Shown in pieces: positions 57,913 through 64,000 of a DNA stretch of 64,000 nt. Location: the NCBI RefSeq assembly GCF_009914755.1, contig NC_060944.1. One strand, written 5' to 3'. The stretch's first letter is position 1, and the number at the start of each line of letters is the position of its first letter. The notes under the pieces were generated by a model. It was not told the origin of the DNA, did not search any database, and saw nothing but the letters and a program-made list of their open reading frames with translations. Made by a program: the position numbers and the translations under genes. This stretch comes from the human T2T-CHM13v2.0 reference genome, Homo sapiens.

Positions 57913-58898
57913 TCAAATGGTTCTTAATCACCTAGTGTCTGTCATGTGTCCACCCGGGGTTACCCAGGGCAGAGACGGCATCATCTCCATCTCAGAGGCC
58001 CAGGGCCGGGTGTATTGTAGGTGTTTGATAAACGCTTGCTTAATTGGATCTTGGTATCTCCAGGATGTAGGCCCCGATGCTGCCCTTGACCACATGGCTC
58101 CCTGAGTGTTAACTGAACCAGCAGAGTTGGTCTTGCAGCACGTGCATCTCATTCAGGCCCACTGCGTTTTCTGGCCCTCACTGCTAAGAGTCCGTGCAGA
58201 AATGTGAGTTCTCAGCAGTGCTGAGAGCACTGTGTGCCCCCAAAGAGCTCTGACTCTCAGCTCCCCACATTGGTTTCACCTCTAATTTGTACCCCTCTAG
58301 CTCAAACCTTAATGGCGAAAGCTTGACATCGCCTTTGGCAATTCAGAGGCTATTACTTGTCAGCACTATCTACCTTGTCAGTGCCTGGGAGAAGCAAACC
58401 CCACCTCATAAGCATGTATCAAGCAATCACTTATCAAGCACCTCCTAGGTTCGGGATCTTTTAGAAAGCCCCACTTGGGGAGGGGCGATGGGGAATGGCT
58501 CTGGGCCTCCCCATAGGCCAGTTTATCAGCTCTCACAGAGGAGCACAAACCACTGGCTCAGGACGTGCAGGTGCGAAGGAAAGAGGAAGGGCGTGGTTGG
58601 CAGCCCCTCTTTCCCTGGGCAGTCTGAGTCACATTCCACCTCTCCCAGTGTTACAGGGTTTGTGAAATGACCACAGCTCCTCACTCTTCTGAGGAGAAAC
58701 CAGAGGTAGAGGAGAAAGCACAGAGTAGTGCAGAGGGAGGAGCCCTGCCTCCCCTCCACACCCTTCTAAGACTGTTAACGTGTCCTTCCAGCAATGTCAG
58801 CCAGTGTCAGCTGTGGGGTGCATCAGAATTCTGGAAGCCCAGAAGTCCAGGAATTTGCCATCCAGACGGTGAGACATATGCATAGAGAAGTGCAGCAC

Positions 58899-59658
<760 letters not shown>

Positions 59659-60763
59659 GTGCAGTGCAGGCAACTGGTGCTCAGATGGGAAGGCCTGTCA
59701 GGGCACTGTGTCGGGGACAGAGATGGTTGCCGCCATCCTGGGACAGTGTCCAACATAGTGCAAGAGATGGGCTGGGTGAGGCATAATGCCAGCGATGACA
59801 GCAACCACCCCCAGTGGTGCTGGCTGTCGTTGACTGTGGTTCACTGTGAGTGCCAAACACACATGCTTTGCTGCATTTACTCCTCCAGCCCCGGAGTTGC
59901 CACTGCTCCCATTTCAGAGATGGGGAAACCGTGGCAGGGAGACTTGCCCATGGGCCCCCAGGCAGTAAGAGTAGGGCTGGAGGGAAGAAACTGGCAGGCT
60001 GGTTCCAGAGACCTCCCTCTTAGGTATCACTGAGAGGGGCTTCCAGGCACCTCTGTGTGGTTGAACTTGCTGATCTGTTCAAACTGCTGTCATATAAGGA
60101 CGTTCAACTTGATTTTCAGCATCACCAGCAACCTTGCTGCTCCTTCCCCCTCTGGGCTAGTAGGGTGAGAGCTCTTCTCAGAGACAAAGACCAGGATGCA
60201 GGAGCAGGCATGGCTTGGCCTGCAGACAAGACTGGTAGGAGGAGGAGACCTGGACCCAGTTGCTCTAAATCTAGCAAAAAGATTTTCTAGGCCCTCCAGA
60301 GGCTACCTCCTCCCCTTAGCTCCCACTGCCTGCAGCCGCCTGCAAATTGCTTAGAAGTGTTGATAATTACAGCAGGCCCAATCCCATCAACACCTGAGGG
60401 AGAGGAAACTGGAGGGTCCTCCTTCTGTAAGCTTATCCCAGAGCCCACTGACATCCATCATCTCCCCTGATCCCCTAGGATGGAGGCAGGAGGTGGGACA
60501 TGGTCCCTGTTCTCTTGAGCAGGCTAGTGACTTGCCCAAGGTCATGCAGACCCTTCCAGGGAATACTGGGATTAGGGCTCAGCTTTTCCTGCTCAGCTCA
60601 GCACCCACCGATAACCAGTAGCGCTTTTCCTTTTCTGAGCTGAGCAAGCCTCAGAGGGCGAGTGAAAGAGGAGCCACCGGAAGGTGCTCTGGCAGGTCAG
60701 ATTGCCCACGCATGCCAGTGTCCAGCCCCCTGCAGAACTCTGGGCCTTGGTGAGGTCATTTCA

Positions 60764-61186
<423 letters not shown>

Positions 61187-61949
61187 TTAGACCCAAGCCC
61201 CTGACTCCCCATCCCCCACTTCTCTTCTGGTGCCTGACAAGAGAGTAGTTTCCTACACATTCACCTTCTTCATAGGCTTTGCCTCCAGGAGCCAGGGAAG
61301 TGTACAGAATGGCTTTGGGGCTGGGCAGACTTGGTTTGGAGCCACATCCCCCTACTTGGTTGCTGTGTAACTTTGGGCAAATGAATTTCCCTCTCTGGGC
61401 CTGTTTCCTAATCTGTAAAATGGGGAAAATAATAACTGCTTCTTAATGTAAGAATTCAATGAACTAAGGTGTCCACAGGATGGAGAGCTCTGCAAAGGCC
61501 CCAGGCAGGCAAGGGACTGAAGACAGGCATTCCTGAAGGCTAAAAGGTGATCAGGCATTCCACAAATCCCCCTTCCTCTTTCCCTCTCTGATGCCAAATA
61601 CACCCAAGCTCAGAGACACATCTTCTGCCTGGGCTTTGAGACAGGCCTGAAAACCCTCCCACACTGTCTACAAGCACAGAAGAGCTTCTCTCTGGAATGA
61701 TTGCTCTGACCTGGAGGAGATGACAGAGCCAGCACTAGGAATCTCTGGGGAGAGCGCTCCAGGAGCTGGTGCATGGGTGGAAAGATGGAATTCCTCCCCA
61801 CTGCTGCCACCCCCAACACTGCCCACCCCAGGAGCCTCCTGGCTTCCAGGGGTGGCTGCAGAGACCTGCTAGGTGGAGGGGTTTTCTCAGGGAGCCTTCA
61901 CTTGCTCCCACAGACACATCTGCTGAAAGCAGTGCAGGCAGGCATGAGG

Positions 61950-62470
61950 CAGGCAGTGGAGCTGCAACTGGCTGACAGCAGGCTGGAGAGGGGAGAGGGA
62001 GAAAGGGAGCGAAAAGGGGGAGGGGAGACTGGGTGAGTCGTACTCCCTTCCCCACGGCCCACCCCGACAAGCTAAGAAAAGCTCTGGGGGGAGAAAAGCT
62101 GCTAAGATGCACAGTTGCCCTCCCCTCTGTGGGAGGCCCTTCCTTCCCCAGAGCCAGCTGCCCCAGGCAGATTAGCATTGGGCTCCGGAAAAGCAGGCCC
62201 ACACCAGCCCATGGGAGGCCGCCGGCTGAGTCAGCTCCTCTACCTGGCAGGAAATCATTCATAAAAATGACACCTGCCCAGAGCCCAGCGCCCAGCCTCA
62301 CCAGCCAGAGTCTCCAGCCACACAGCCACACTGCCTCCTGCCGCCTCCCTCCCACCTCCTCCCAGCCACTGTACAGGGCAGACCTCTTTCTCTTTCTCTT
62401 TCTCCTGGGAAGAAGAATAATGAGACTGATGTGAAATAAGGCCAGCTCGGCCTTCGTCAATCAGTATTTA
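61950..62470. promoter_or_regulatory. Candidate enhancer with AP-1/MARE and ETS motifs
   Basis: GCTGAGTCAGC at 62225-62235 and CAGGAAAT at 62248-62255, in repeat-free sequence. Confidence 0.45.
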
Positions 62471-62748
62471 CGGGTCGCCTGCCCTGGGGACAATAGTAGA
62501 GTCAAGAAGAGCAACCACTTCACTCAATGATGAACAAACATCTGCGACACAGCTTCCAGAGGTTCTCACTGTCCCAGCCACGTGCGTGGCGGACACTCTT
62601 TACGTTCAGTTTCTGTGTGGATGACCAGAGGCTCCTTAGACACACAGCTAGACACAGATAACTGGGCCAATCCTCCCACAAAGGGGGTCCGTAGAGCAGT
62701 GGTGACTTACACAGGTCACACGTGAGGTCAAACTTTAAGTCCATGTCA

Positions 62749-63057
<309 letters not shown>

Positions 63058-63084
63058 CTTTAAGTCCATGTCCCTAAAATGTAG

Positions 63085-63345
<261 letters not shown>

Positions 63346-63614
63346 TGAAGATGTTACATCCTAATCACAGCCCTGCATGTCTGGGCCTGCGATCTCGGCC
63401 CTCATATCGCTCCCCCTTGATCTCCTTCACAAGCCGCCCTGGCCTTGTCGTTTCTCAAACTCACAAAACATGCTGTCACCTCAGGGCCTTTGCACGTGCC
63501 TTCCCTTCTGTCTTCCATCATTACATGTCAGGCTCCTCTGCATCCTGCAGGACTAGGTCACCTGTCAGCTTCTCAGAGACCTTCCCTGACCACTTTAAGA
63601 ATCTGCCTCCCCCT

Positions 63615-63958
<344 letters not shown>

Positions 63959-64000
63959 TATTCCCTATCCCTGCATGAAGACAGCTCCCATCCTAACTCA

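Noticed and set aside
61735-62460. 241-aa minus-strand ORF
   Set aside because: Non-ATG start and no recognisable protein; the region looks regulatory.

Overview
This is human (primate) genomic DNA: GC-rich and very Alu-dense, with about 60 Alu copies or fragments, L1/L2/MIR remnants, MaLR LTRs and hAT DNA transposons. The only gene I can support is C20orf203 (FLJ33706, chr20q11.21) on the minus strand. I recognised it from its spliced 194-aa protein ([16 protein letters not shown]...NSSRSLFN), encoded by 31818-31684 + 31547-31098 across a 136-bp GT-AG intron. It is known as a human-specific de novo gene built partly from Alu sequence. Splice signals, guided partly by my recollection of the gene's extent, give a six-exon model: ~54600-54303, 32647-32399, 31832-31684, 31547-29921, 21356-21235, 14941-~12295. 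Most splice sites lie in Alu or L2. The model has several features worth testing: (i) the stop codon lies 1177 nt upstream of the first of two 3'UTR exon junctions, which predicts NMD; (ii) four tandem AG acceptors behind a T25 tract could switch a stop-free 54-codon upstream frame between an overlapping uORF and an in-frame 58-aa N-terminal extension; (iii) the C-terminal codons overlap paired homeodomain motifs. The window also holds a 2-kb G-rich minisatellite with higher-order structure and PRDM9-like cores, two local dispersed duplications (one carrying a 30-bp templated insertion), an Alu 3' end amplifying into a nascent minisatellite, and a MIR>hAT>THE1 nested stack. There are no prokaryotic systems, CRISPR arrays or rRNA/tRNA genes. 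Almost all ORF-track entries are repeat-derived or chance ORFs in GC-rich sequence.
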